Shown here one piece after another: positions 9,920 through 19,123 of a DNA stretch of 64,000 nucleotides. Source of the stretch: Eubacteriales bacterium (GTDB lineage Bacteria > Bacillota > Clostridia > Oscillospirales > CAG-272); assembly GCA_045540175.1 (NCBI GenBank), contig JAZQGU010000033.1:18539-82538 (forward strand), in the 5' to 3' direction. Both the position numbers and the translations under genes were made by a program. How positions within the stretch are numbered: the first letter of the stretch is position 1; every line of letters starts with the position of its first letter. Below the pieces are notes generated by a model. That model ran no database searches. It was not told the origin of the DNA and saw only the letters and a program-made list of their open reading frames with translations.

Positions 9920-11479
9920 ATGAAAAAACTTTTGTGTCTGTTTTTAACCTTGCCTCTGCTTCTTTCCGTTATGATATCCTGCGGCGGCAAGAAGGATAAA
10001 ACCCCGGAAGAAGAAAAGCCCGCTTCGGTCGTTTCGTGGGTCGGTCACAGCTACGATAAGCTCAGAGCAGATCTCGGAAAGCCCGAGGGTGCCCAAAGCG
10101 AATACACCGTTTATATGGCAAAGGGCGAAACTGAGGGCTGTCACATGGGCGTTTACAGCGAAAAGGACCTTGAAAAGCTCCGATTCAAGGTTATTTCGGG
10201 CAAAAACGATCACATTACGCAGACTGCCTATAATATAAGACCCATACTGAAGATACGCAGAGGTCAAACGTACACCGACCCCGCCGTCCCCTTCGGCGGA
10301 GCGAGATTCTCCCTTGAGGCGAACACTACCTTTGCCATACTTCTCGAGTTCACCACTACTCCCGACACCCCGGCAGGAGATTACGAATACGAATTCGGAA
10401 TTACCGATTCCGAGGGAAATATTATCGTAAAAAACAAGGTGACCGTTCACGTTTGGGATTTCGAGATGCCCGAAAAGAAGACCTTTCAGACCTCGATCGG
10501 TCTTTCAGCAAGTACCAGAAAGCCTTATATCGATCTCCTTCTCGAGCACAATCTCAGCTGCAGATGGATATTCGGAGAAATTCTTTCGGGCGCGGCAGAC
10601 GAGGCTATGTCTGATCCGCGTGTGACCTCCTTCTGTATTCAGGGATATACCAATACCGAGGAGAATATCGTTGCCGTATACGAATATCTCAAGAAAAACC
10701 CAGAGTGGATGAAAAAGGCGTTTTTCTATCCGCTTGACGAGCCCCGAACCGTCGCAATGGTAAAGGAGCTTGAGCAAAAATACAAGTATCTTTCCGAGCT
10801 TTGCCCCGGAATCAAGATAATTTCCCCCTACTACACGAACGTTCAGATGGACAGCGAGACCGACCAGATCGGATATATGGCGTCATTTATGACGACCCAT
10901 TGCCCCAAGCTTTCAAACTGGGATGACGCCCAGATCTATTCTGCCGATCAGGCAGCTAAGTACGATTCCTTTGCCGACAGAATGAAGGCGCTTAAGGAAA
11001 GAGGAGATACAATCTGGGCATACGTTTGCAACTATCCCGAGGCTCCCTATCTTAACGTCAAGATCGACGAGGCGGGACTCGGAAGCCGCGTCCTCTTCTG
11101 GCAGATGTATCAGAGGGATATTGACGGATTCCTCTATTGGAATTCCACCTACTACGACAAGCTTCCCGATAAGAACCCCTGGAAGAGCGTCAACACCAAC
11201 GGCGACGGAATCTACGGCGACGGTATCCTTTTCTATCCCGGAGACGTTATCGGTACTTCCACCCCCATAGTTTCGATCAGAATGAAGCTTATGAGAGACG
11301 GTGTCGACGATATTGAGCTTCTGTATATGGCAGAGGAGCTTTTGGGTAAGGATTGGGTAGATGAAAGAGCAAGCAGCGTTTCCAAATCTCTGACGACCGT
11401 TGACGTAACGAGCGATCAGTTCGCCGCTCTCCGCATCGAGATCGGAAATGCGATCGAAGCCAAGCTGAAAAATAATTGA
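9920..11479 (+). CDS. DUF4091 / GH123-like lipoprotein, paralog 3
   Basis: 519 aa from ATG 9920. Signal MKKLLCLFLTLPLLLSVMISC. Same conserved blocks as paralogs 1 and 2. Confidence 0.75.
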   Translation: MKKLLCLFLTLPLLLSVMISCGGKKDKTPEEEKPASVVSWVGHSYDKLRADLGKPEGAQSEYTVYMAKGETEGCHMGVYSEKDLEKLRFKVISGKNDHITQTAYNIRPILKIRRGQTYTDPAVPFGGARFSLEANTTFAILLEFTTTPDTPAGDYEYEFGITDSEGNIIVKNKVTVHVWDFEMPEKKTFQTSIGLSASTRKPYIDLLLEHNLSCRWIFGEILSGAADEAMSDPRVTSFCIQGYTNTEENIVAVYEYLKKNPEWMKKAFFYPLDEPRTVAMVKELEQKYKYLSELCPGIKIISPYYTNVQMDSETDQIGYMASFMTTHCPKLSNWDDAQIYSADQAAKYDSFADRMKALKERGDTIWAYVCNYPEAPYLNVKIDEAGLGSRVLFWQMYQRDIDGFLYWNSTYYDKLPDKNPWKSVNTNGDGIYGDGILFYPGDVIGTSTPIVSIRMKLMRDGVDDIELLYMAEELLGKDWVDERASSVSKSLTTVDVTSDQFAALRIEIGNAIEAKLKNN

Positions 11480-11493
11480 TTCAAATGTGGTGA

Positions 11494-11827
11494 AAACGAT
11501 GTTGCATCACATCCGAACGGGCGAACACAGTTCGCCCCTACGGAAACTTTTGGAAGTCCCTCGGTAGGGGCGAACTGCGTTCGCCCGCGTAAATACGATG
11601 TTACATCCCCTTGGGACACCTCATCCACCGCAGCCGCAGCGTCTGCGGTCCCCCTGTCTCGCTGCGGCTCGGTCACGCTCGGGGTCTGACGTGCCCCCGG
11701 CACGTCATTCAACACCCTCGCGCCGCTTCGCTACCCAAGGGGAAGGCTAACGACGCGGCGAATCTTCGACACGTTGTTTGTAGGGACAGGCGTCCCCGAC
11801 TGTCCGCACCAAAACGATGTTACATCC
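11494..11827. repeat. GC-rich GTAG-palindrome mosaic repeat (REP/BIME-like), locus 1
   Basis: Contains GGGCGAACacagTTCGCCCCTAC, GTAGGGGCGAACtgcgTTCGCCC, ACGATGTTACATC, CACCTCATCCAC and GTAGGGACAGGCGTCCCCGACTGTCC. 11625-11736 is a 110/112 inverted copy of 30915-31026. Confidence 0.9.
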
Positions 11828-11877
11828 ATTGACACACAAAACATAATCTCGTAACTTATCTCAAGGAGAATCCCAAA

Positions 11878-13365
11878 ATGGGCAATCTGAAAAACTTTGG
11901 ATTCAAGCACAAGGCAGGCATTCTTATGCCTATAAGCTGTCTGCCGAACAAATACGGCATCGGCTCTTTCGGGCTTGAAGCGCACAATTTTGTCGACTTT
12001 TTGGCAGAAACAGGTCACAAATGCTGGCAGGTACTCCCCCTCAACCCGACCTCTTACGGCGACAGTCCCTACCAGTCGCCCGCTTCGGCGGCGGGAAATC
12101 CGTATTTTATCGACCTTGAAATCCTCCTATCAAAGGGCCTTTTGACAAAAGAGGAGCTGAAGGATCAAAAAAATGCCGACAAAAAGGTAAACTACGGCTT
12201 CCTTTTTGAGAACCGCTACCGCGCTCTCCGCGCCGCGTCCTCCCGTTTTGAGCCGAACACCGATTACCGCGCGTTTCTACGCCGCAATTCCGATTGGGTA
12301 GATAATTACGCGCTCTTTATGGCGCTTAAGGTCAAAAACAACTATTCGTCTTGGACGAATTGGGCAGAAAACGAGCGCGATTATAAACAGGCGTCCGAAA
12401 ATTCCGCTCAATATGATGACGAAATGTCGTTCTGGCGCTGGGTTCAGTACGAATTTGACACTCAGTGGCAGTCACTTCGCTCCTACGCCAAGAAAAACGG
12501 CATAATGCTGATCGGAGATATGCCGATCTACGTCGCACACGACAGCGCCGACGTCTGGTCTTCGCCCGACCAATTCCTGCTCGACGAGAATTACAACCCG
12601 ACTCTTGTCGCAGGCGTTCCGCCCGACGCATTTTCTGCGACGGGTCAGCTTTGGGGAAATCCCATCTATAACTGGGAAAAAATGAAAAACGAGGGCTTCA
12701 CTTGGTGGCTTAACCGTATCGGCAGAGCCTTCAAGCTTTATGATATTGTCCGCATCGACCATTTCCGCGGATTCGCAGGATATTATACCATTCCGTTCGG
12801 CGACGAGACCGCCATAAACGGCTGGTGGAACGAAGCCCCGGGGCAGGAGCTTTTTGAGGCGGTGAATAAGAAATTCCCGAGTGCAAAGATAATCGCGGAG
12901 GATCTCGGAGTTATCACCGACGACGTAAAAAAGCTGCTTTCAGATAACGATTTTCCCGGAATGAAAATGCTTCCGTTCGCCTTCTTCGACGAGAACAGCG
13001 ACTATATTCCGCGCAATTATAAAACCGAAAATTGCGTCGTTTACACCTCGTCCCACGACTCCGACTGTACCCGCAGCTGGATCAACAATCTGACAGGAGA
13101 ATCGATAACGATCTTCAACCGCGAGCGCAGGAAGATCAAGGGCGAAAGCCGTGTTTATTCCCTCATACGACTTGCTTTTGAGAGCAAGGCTAATCTCGCA
13201 GTCGTTCAGATGCAGGATTATCTTGAGCTTAATAACGAGGAGGGACGAATGAATATGCCCTCGACACCCTCCGGCAACTGGGGATGGAGAATGTCACCTC
13301 GATATAATACCAAGGTGCTCCGCGAGAAGATCTCAGCATTGACGAAGGAGACGAAGAGAAGGTAA
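11878..13365 (+). CDS. malQ: 4-alpha-glucanotransferase (amylomaltase, GH77)
   Basis: 495 aa. GH77 blocks are LPLNPTSYGDSPYQS, VRIDHFRGF, IIAEDLG and YTSSHD. Confidence 0.9.
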   Translation: MGNLKNFGFKHKAGILMPISCLPNKYGIGSFGLEAHNFVDFLAETGHKCWQVLPLNPTSYGDSPYQSPASAAGNPYFIDLEILLSKGLLTKEELKDQKNADKKVNYGFLFENRYRALRAASSRFEPNTDYRAFLRRNSDWVDNYALFMALKVKNNYSSWTNWAENERDYKQASENSAQYDDEMSFWRWVQYEFDTQWQSLRSYAKKNGIMLIGDMPIYVAHDSADVWSSPDQFLLDENYNPTLVAGVPPDAFSATGQLWGNPIYNWEKMKNEGFTWWLNRIGRAFKLYDIVRIDHFRGFAGYYTIPFGDETAINGWWNEAPGQELFEAVNKKFPSAKIIAEDLGVITDDVKKLLSDNDFPGMKMLPFAFFDENSDYIPRNYKTENCVVYTSSHDSDCTRSWINNLTGESITIFNRERRKIKGESRVYSLIRLAFESKANLAVVQMQDYLELNNEEGRMNMPSTPSGNWGWRMSPRYNTKVLREKISALTKETKRR

Positions 13366-13395
13366 AACGACGCGGCGACGCTTCGCCCGACAATT

Positions 13396-13430
13396 ATTCA
13401 TTATTCATCATTCATCATTCATTATTCACC
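13396..13430. repeat. Heptamer tandem repeat (ATTCATY)x5
   Basis: attcatt attcatc attcatc attcatt attcacc, directly abutting the terminator. Confidence 0.8.
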
Positions 13431-13456
13431 AAAAAGCACCCTTTCGGGTGCTTTTT
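13431..13456. terminator. Bidirectional terminator (malQ / nucleoside hydrolase)
   Basis: AAAAAGCACCC-tttc-GGGTGCTTTTT. Confidence 0.85.
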
Positions 13457-13457
13457 A

Positions 13458-14366
13458 TTATCTGTTCAGTATTCTCTTTATGAGATCGGTCATAAGGGCA
13501 TCGCGCTTGATATGGTAGACGTATCTGATATTCTCGCCGTCGGCTTCCTCATAGATATCGTCGTAATTCGGCAGGCGGAGAGGCTCGAGGCGGGATTCCA
13601 TAAATCTGTCGCCGTCGTTCATCAGCCAGGCAACCGCAGTCACGTCCCAGATGCAACGCGTCCAGGCGGTACCCGATGCGTATTTTTCCGCCGCCTCGAT
13701 GGTATGATCGGCAAGGTAATCGGCGATCGGGCTCTTACCCTTGAGCCAATATTCAAGCTCGGGGCGCGAGACCGTAAAGCTGCTCACGACTCCTCGGCAA
13801 GGAAGAAGAACAAGCGGAACTCCGCTTCCCATTACAACCCTTGCTGCCGCAACGTCTTGCATCATATTAAATTCACGCGTATGCGGATAATGGAACGCGT
13901 GGCCGCCGAGCCAGACGACGACGCAGTTTTCCGCGATCTCCGGATTGAGCTGGATCGCTGACGCTACGTTCGTTATCGCACCTATCGCAACAACGTAAAG
14001 CGGATTTTCAGGAGAATACTTCTTTGCGCGCTCGGAAAGATCGCGCGCCGCATCGGAGATGACGGGCGTTTTTTCATCGGTCAAAAAGGAATCCGAGCCG
14101 CGATAGACCTCGCACTTTTCGTTCATAAAATCGAGGAGCTTCAATATCTCCTTGTAGCTCTGCTCCATTCCGTCGCCCGCCGAAGTCGAAAGATCGTTCA
14201 AAAAGGGCGCGGCATAGAGCGCCTTCACGTTCAGCTTTCCCTTGCAGGAAAGAAGATAGGTGATAGCGAACTGGTCGTCGATCTCGTTATACGCGTCGGT
14301 GTCGAGAACAACGTCGACGGGTCCTTCAGGGACCGACAGATTCTTGATTCTCTGTTCGATCGTCAT
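13458..14366 (-). CDS. Nucleoside hydrolase (IU-NH family)
   Basis: 302 aa. The N-terminal VVLDTDAYNEIDDQFAI is the DxDxxxDD-type Ca/ribose-binding motif. The start overlaps the upstream stop (ATGA). Confidence 0.85.
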   Translation of the reverse strand: MTIEQRIKNLSVPEGPVDVVLDTDAYNEIDDQFAITYLLSCKGKLNVKALYAAPFLNDLSTSAGDGMEQSYKEILKLLDFMNEKCEVYRGSDSFLTDEKTPVISDAARDLSERAKKYSPENPLYVVAIGAITNVASAIQLNPEIAENCVVVWLGGHAFHYPHTREFNMMQDVAAARVVMGSGVPLVLLPCRGVVSSFTVSRPELEYWLKGKSPIADYLADHTIEAAEKYASGTAWTRCIWDVTAVAWLMNDGDRFMESRLEPLRLPNYDDIYEEADGENIRYVYHIKRDALMTDLIKRILNR

Positions 14367-15601
14367 ATGAATTTCTCCTTTTTCTGTCTGTATTGAAGCG
14401 GCGTATCGCCGTATTTTTCCTTAAAGATCGAACGGAAGAAGCTTCCGTTTTCATATCCGACGGCGGTTATTATCTCCTTGACTGACATATCGCTGTGAAT
14501 CAGGTATTCTGCCGCTTTGTCGCATCTTTTTTCCTGTAAAAGCGCGGAAAAGCTTTTACCCGTGAGTTTTTTGACCAGACTTCCCGTATAAATTGCCGAA
14601 TATCCGAGAAGCTCCGCAAGCACGGAAAGCGAAGCTTCCTTTACGTTGCTCTCGACATAGTCGATCATCTGCCTGCGCAGATGCTCGCTTTTGCTGTCGG
14701 AATCACCGCTTTTGAGGGAGCGAAGCTTTGAAAGCACCTCGTCCCTACAGGGAATCGACGGCGCGGCACCCATACGCGAGACGGTAATTGCCGCCGCCGC
14801 ACTTGCGAGCTTCAGATTGTTCTCCGTATCTATGCCGTCGCAGATCCCCGCGACGAAGTAACCTGTGAAGGTATCGCCCGCCGCCGTTGTGTCAACGACG
14901 TCTGTCTTATATGCGTACCGCCGATAACGCGTGCCGTTTTCCAGATATATACAGCCCTTACTTCCGAGTGTAAGAATCACTTTGAGGTTTGGATAATTGC
15001 TTTCGAAATAGGAAAGCGACGCTTCGGGGTCGTTTTGTCCCGAAAATTCCGACGCCTCCACCTCGTTTATCAGGACGTATGAGAGCTTTCCGATATCGAG
15101 CTTCTTAATTTCGTCCGTGAAGGGCGACGGATTGAATACGATGCACATTTTCTTTTCGTACGCCTTATCGATGATATAAGGAACCGAGCTTATCTCGTTC
15201 TGCAGAAGTATGATATCACCCTCCGAAAAGTCGGCAAGCACCGAATCGACGAAGTCCGTCGTTACCATTTCGTTCGATCCGCCATAGAGGAAGATCGAGT
15301 TTTCGCCCTTGCCCGATACCTGGATTATCGCGTGGCCGTTCTTGCCCTCGACGGTCTTCACGTAAGTGAGGTCGACCCCGCTCCTTTCGAGCAGATCGGT
15401 TAGCATTTTTCCGTCCTCTCCCACACAGCCTGCGTGATAGACCTTTGCACCCGCACGCGCGATGGCGATGGACTGATTAAGCCCCTTTCCGCCCTCAAAG
15501 GTCTCAAGCTTGTAGGTCGACAGCGTCTCCCCGACGCGGACGATGTGGTCCATTGAATAAACGTAGTCGATATTGCATGATCCGAAATTCAGTATTTTCA
15601 T
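14363..15601 (-). CDS. Ribokinase (PfkB family) fused to a C-terminal AraC-type HTH domain
   Basis: 412 aa from ATG 15601 with GGAGGTG RBS. GGKGLNQ and DTTAAGDTFTG are ribokinase motifs. The last ~105 aa (SVLAELLGYSAIYTGSLVKKLTG...VGYENGSFFRSIFKEKYGDTPLQYR) form an AraC/XylS double HTH. Confidence 0.8.
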   Translation of the reverse strand: MKILNFGSCNIDYVYSMDHIVRVGETLSTYKLETFEGGKGLNQSIAIARAGAKVYHAGCVGEDGKMLTDLLERSGVDLTYVKTVEGKNGHAIIQVSGKGENSIFLYGGSNEMVTTDFVDSVLADFSEGDIILLQNEISSVPYIIDKAYEKKMCIVFNPSPFTDEIKKLDIGKLSYVLINEVEASEFSGQNDPEASLSYFESNYPNLKVILTLGSKGCIYLENGTRYRRYAYKTDVVDTTAAGDTFTGYFVAGICDGIDTENNLKLASAAAAITVSRMGAAPSIPCRDEVLSKLRSLKSGDSDSKSEHLRRQMIDYVESNVKEASLSVLAELLGYSAIYTGSLVKKLTGKSFSALLQEKRCDKAAEYLIHSDMSVKEIITAVGYENGSFFRSIFKEKYGDTPLQYRQKKEKFI

Positions 15602-15703
15602 AGAGAACACCTCCGTTAAAACCATTATATCACGCTTTTCGTCCTTAAACAAGGTCTACTTACAATCAAAAAGAGACGGATTGCAAGATTATGAAAGAAA
15701 TAT

Positions 15704-15775
15704 GCGCAGACCCCCGTCTGCGGTGGATGAGGTGTTCGGGAAGGAGGTAACATCGTTTTTTACGCGGGCGGAGAC
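15704..15775. repeat. GC-rich mosaic repeat fragment, locus 2
   Basis: CGCAGACccccGTCTGCG-GTGGATGAGGTG ... AACATCGTTTT ... TACGCGGGCG. Confidence 0.7.
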
Positions 15776-15886
15776 GTTCGGATCATCTCTGCATGGAAGA
15801 CCATTGGTTGCCCGTTTTATACATCAATTTTTGTTTTTTTCGGTTTGAAAACACAAAATAATCCAATTAATGCGCAAAATAATACA

Positions 15887-15915
15887 TTGACAACGGTTTT
15901 TCGGTATGTTACTAT
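15887..15915 (+). promoter_or_regulatory. Extended -10 promoter for the GH42 gene
   Basis: TTGACA-17 nt-(TGt)TACTAT. Confidence 0.55.
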
Positions 15916-15951
15916 GAGGAAAATAATTTTACCCACAAAGGAGACAATTTT

Positions 15952-17940
15952 ATGGGCAGAATACTTCACGGTGCGGCTTATTATCCCGAGGACTGGGACG
16001 ACGATCTTCTCGATTTTGACATTGAAAAAATGAAGGAGACCGGCTTTAACGTCGTAAGAATCGCAGAGTTTGCATGGAAGAGAATGGAGCCGAGCGAGGG
16101 CGTATATAACTTCGAGTGGCTTCACAGAATCGTTGACAAGATGAAAGAGGCAGGAATAGGCGTTATTATGGGAACACCTTCCGCAACACCTCCGAACTGG
16201 CTTGTTAAAAAGTACCCCGATATGCTTTCTCTTATGCCTAACGGTGCGAGAAGAAGCCACGGCGGACGCCGCCACTGCTGCTCGAACAACCCTCATTATA
16301 TAGAGTACAGCGCGAAGATCGCTGAAAAGCTCGCGAGCGAGTTTGAAAACGACGAGGGAATCATCGGCTGGCAGATAGATAACGAGATCTACCATTGGCC
16401 GAACGCAAACGGAAGCTGGCAGGCAGCTTGCCGTTGTGAGCATTGCGTAGCCGCTTTCCATAAGCACCTCCGCGACAAGTACGGTGACGTTGAGAGCGTA
16501 AACAAGGCGTGGAACCTTAACCTCTTCAGCCAGGCATACGACGAGATCGAGGATATTCCCGCGCCCTTCAATACCTGGCATAACCCTCATATTGAGCTTG
16601 AATGGAATCTCTCGCAGAGAAATGCTCACGTTCGCTTCGTTCATATGCAGGCAGACGTGATCAGAAAGTATCATAAGGCACCTATCGGTACCGATACGAT
16701 GCCCGTTAACGGCTTCGATTACAGAGAGCTTAACGATCACCTCGACGTTGCGCAGTACAATCACTACCGCTGGGATCACAGACATAACTGCTTCTATATG
16801 GACTATATGCGCCATTTCTCGAAGATACCGTTCTGGAATACCGAGACGCAGGCGTGCTGGAACGGATCGACCTGTATGGGACACAGCCTTCAGGGAGAGG
16901 GATTCATTTACATGAATACATGGCTTCCGATAATGCTCGGCGGCGAAGCTATCCTTTATTGGCTCTGGCGTACTCACTGGGCAGGACACGAGCTTATGCA
17001 CGGCGCAGTTCTTGATACCTCGGGCAGATTCACATACGCTAACGGAGAGATCAGAAAAGCGGCGGCTGAATTTGCCAAGGTCAAGGATTTCCTTCCCGAA
17101 TATAAGGTTGACTGCGACACCGCGCTTCTCTTCACCTCCCTTAACTGGAACATCAAGACCACGCAGGATATAAACCGACACCTTATTGCGGATGAACACG
17201 GACTTACTCATGAGATGTACAAGTATCTGCTTACGGCGGGTATTCATACCGACGTTATCGATGCAAAGGAGGATCTGAATAAGTATAAGCTTATATTTAC
17301 TCCTACCGTGTATACTCTCGAGGAACATTCTTTTGGTGAGCGCATTGAGGAATGGGTAAAGAACGGCGGCGTATGGGTGACAGGACCTATGTCAGACATC
17401 CGCACCGCGATCGGCACCAAATATAAGAATTCACCCTACGGATATACCGAGAAGATAACGGGCGAGCGCCTCGCATATATCATGCCCGAGGACGAGGGAA
17501 AAATTACCCTTGAGAATGACGAGGGCAACGAAGTCCATGGCAGAGGCATTTACGAGCTGTTCGACGTCGGACAGACTGAGCCGATCCTTACCGTCAAGAA
17601 GGGACATTCGGCAATCGTCGGAAAGACCGCTTCCTTTATTAAGAAGGTTGGCAAGGGCTACGTCGTTATGCTCGGAACGCTGCCTGAGCATAATGAGCTT
17701 GTCCGTATCATAAAAAAGGCGGCAACCCTTGCGAATGCAGAAATGCATGACGTTGACGAGGGCATAATGGTGACGAAGAGAGTAAAGGGCGACGATACTC
17801 TTTATATCGTTGCTCAGATCGCAGACAGAGAGGGAACGTACCGCTTCGATGGTGAGGTTACCGATATCCTCAGCGGCGAGACCTTCAAGGATAAGATCGA
17901 CTTTGGTCCTTACGAACTTCGTATAATAAAGAAAAAATAA
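15952..17940 (+). CDS. Beta-galactosidase, GH42
   Basis: 662 aa with no signal peptide. AAYYPEDWDDD...GFNVVRIAEFAWKRMEPSEGVYNFEWL and WQIDNE are GH42 N-terminal TIM-barrel blocks. Confidence 0.85.
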   Translation: MGRILHGAAYYPEDWDDDLLDFDIEKMKETGFNVVRIAEFAWKRMEPSEGVYNFEWLHRIVDKMKEAGIGVIMGTPSATPPNWLVKKYPDMLSLMPNGARRSHGGRRHCCSNNPHYIEYSAKIAEKLASEFENDEGIIGWQIDNEIYHWPNANGSWQAACRCEHCVAAFHKHLRDKYGDVESVNKAWNLNLFSQAYDEIEDIPAPFNTWHNPHIELEWNLSQRNAHVRFVHMQADVIRKYHKAPIGTDTMPVNGFDYRELNDHLDVAQYNHYRWDHRHNCFYMDYMRHFSKIPFWNTETQACWNGSTCMGHSLQGEGFIYMNTWLPIMLGGEAILYWLWRTHWAGHELMHGAVLDTSGRFTYANGEIRKAAAEFAKVKDFLPEYKVDCDTALLFTSLNWNIKTTQDINRHLIADEHGLTHEMYKYLLTAGIHTDVIDAKEDLNKYKLIFTPTVYTLEEHSFGERIEEWVKNGGVWVTGPMSDIRTAIGTKYKNSPYGYTEKITGERLAYIMPEDEGKITLENDEGNEVHGRGIYELFDVGQTEPILTVKKGHSAIVGKTASFIKKVGKGYVVMLGTLPEHNELVRIIKKAATLANAEMHDVDEGIMVTKRVKGDDTLYIVAQIADREGTYRFDGEVTDILSGETFKDKIDFGPYELRIIKKK

Positions 17941-17942
17941 TT

Positions 17943-18662
17943 ATGGATACGATAAAATTTGACAGAAAAAACGTCCTTACCGTAGCGCACAGAGGCGTTT
18001 CGGGTATTGAAAAAGAAAATACGAACGCCGCCTTCGTTGCGGCGGGAAACCGTTCTTATTACGGAATCGAGACCGATATCCACAGAACGGCTGACGGCAA
18101 ATTCGTTATTTGCCATGACGGAGATCTTGTGCGCGTGGCGGGAGAAAAGATATCAGTCGAGGAGACGAGCTATTCGGTTCTGAAAAACGTAGTGCTTTTC
18201 GATAAGGACGGAAAAAAAGGACGGGAAGACCTGCGCCCTCCGCTTCTGGAGGATTACATCGGTATTTGCAAAAAATACGGCAAGCAAGCTGTGCTCGAGT
18301 TGAAAACGGCATTCACCGATGAGGAGATCGCCAAGATCATCGAGATAATAAGCAGCTTCGAGTATCTGAACAGCACGACCTTTATTTCCTTTAATTACGA
18401 TAATCTCGCAAAAATCAGGGCTTTGATACCGAAACAGTCGGTTCAGCTTCTGTTTAAACAGCTCACGGACGAGATCTTTGATAGATTGGTCACCGACGGC
18501 ATGGACGTTGACATTTATTACAAAGGGCTGAGTAAGGAAATAATAGATAAGCTGCACAGCGCCGGCTTGAAGATCAACTGCTGGACGGTTGATAACAAGG
18601 AGCTCGCGGAGCAGCTCGTACAGTGGGGCGTCGATTATATAACGACCAATATTCTTGAATAA
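17943..18662 (+). CDS. Glycerophosphodiester phosphodiesterase family protein
   Basis: 239 aa. The AHRGVSGIEKENT and GIETDIH motifs (HR..ENT, E.D) match the family. Confidence 0.85.
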   Translation: MDTIKFDRKNVLTVAHRGVSGIEKENTNAAFVAAGNRSYYGIETDIHRTADGKFVICHDGDLVRVAGEKISVEETSYSVLKNVVLFDKDGKKGREDLRPPLLEDYIGICKKYGKQAVLELKTAFTDEEIAKIIEIISSFEYLNSTTFISFNYDNLAKIRALIPKQSVQLLFKQLTDEIFDRLVTDGMDVDIYYKGLSKEIIDKLHSAGLKINCWTVDNKELAEQLVQWGVDYITTNILE

Positions 18663-18682
18663 AAAACGGGCGTGCAGAAGCC

Positions 18683-18712
18683 AAAAAAGAACCCTCTTTC
18701 GAGGGTTCTTTT
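18683..18712. terminator. Intrinsic terminator
   Basis: AAAAAA-GAACCCTC-tttc-GAGGGTTC-TTTT. Confidence 0.85.
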
Positions 18713-18807
18713 CATGCAAATGAAATCCCCGCCATAGTGGCGGAGTTCAATATAGGTTTACCGATGAACAATAATAAGATAAAAGCAAGAGGTGAAGAGG
18801 ATTTGAA

Positions 18808-18995
18808 GGGCAAAGTCTTGCCTTCCCCTCAGGGGAAGGTGCCGAGTGAAACGAGGCGGATGAGGTGTATTGAACACAAGGAATCTGATTATAATAAGTC
18901 AGTTACTCCGCTTTTGATTTCTCCTCATCCGACTGCTCCTTCGTCGCAGCCACCTTCCCCGCTGGGGAAGGCAAGGAAGGAAACCCGTTTACGGG
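18808..18995. repeat. GC-rich mosaic repeat, locus 3 (inverted pair of CCTTCCCC-loop-GGGGAAGG / GGATGAGG modules)
   Basis: CCTTCCCCtcagGGGAAGGTG...GGCGGATGAGGTG, and the inverted CTCCTCATCCG...CACCTTCCCCgctgGGGAAGGCAAGG. Confidence 0.8.
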
Positions 18996-19080
18996 TAGCA
19001 AGTAATAATTGCATGGCTGGCAGGCCAATTTAAGGCGCACTTGTGCGCAGCCAGTAGTATTAAGGCTATGCCCGAAACTG

Positions 19081-19110
19081 AAATACCCCCCGCTATGCGG
19101 GGGGATATTT
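19081..19110. terminator. Bidirectional GC hairpin terminator
   Basis: AAATA-CCCCCCGC-tat-GCGGGGGG-ATATTT. Confidence 0.7.
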
Positions 19111-19123
19111 ATTCGTTTAAGCA

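Noticed and set aside
11416-11832. ORFs spanning the GC-rich repeats: 11416-11715, 11611-11832, 18737-19033, 23819-24119, 30383-31084, 30946-31161, 60806-61278, 62759-63049 and 63100-63541
   Set aside because: The same DNA recurs in both orientations with indels that do not preserve any frame. The 'proteins' are Arg/Pro/Gly-rich translations of palindromes, and none has an RBS.
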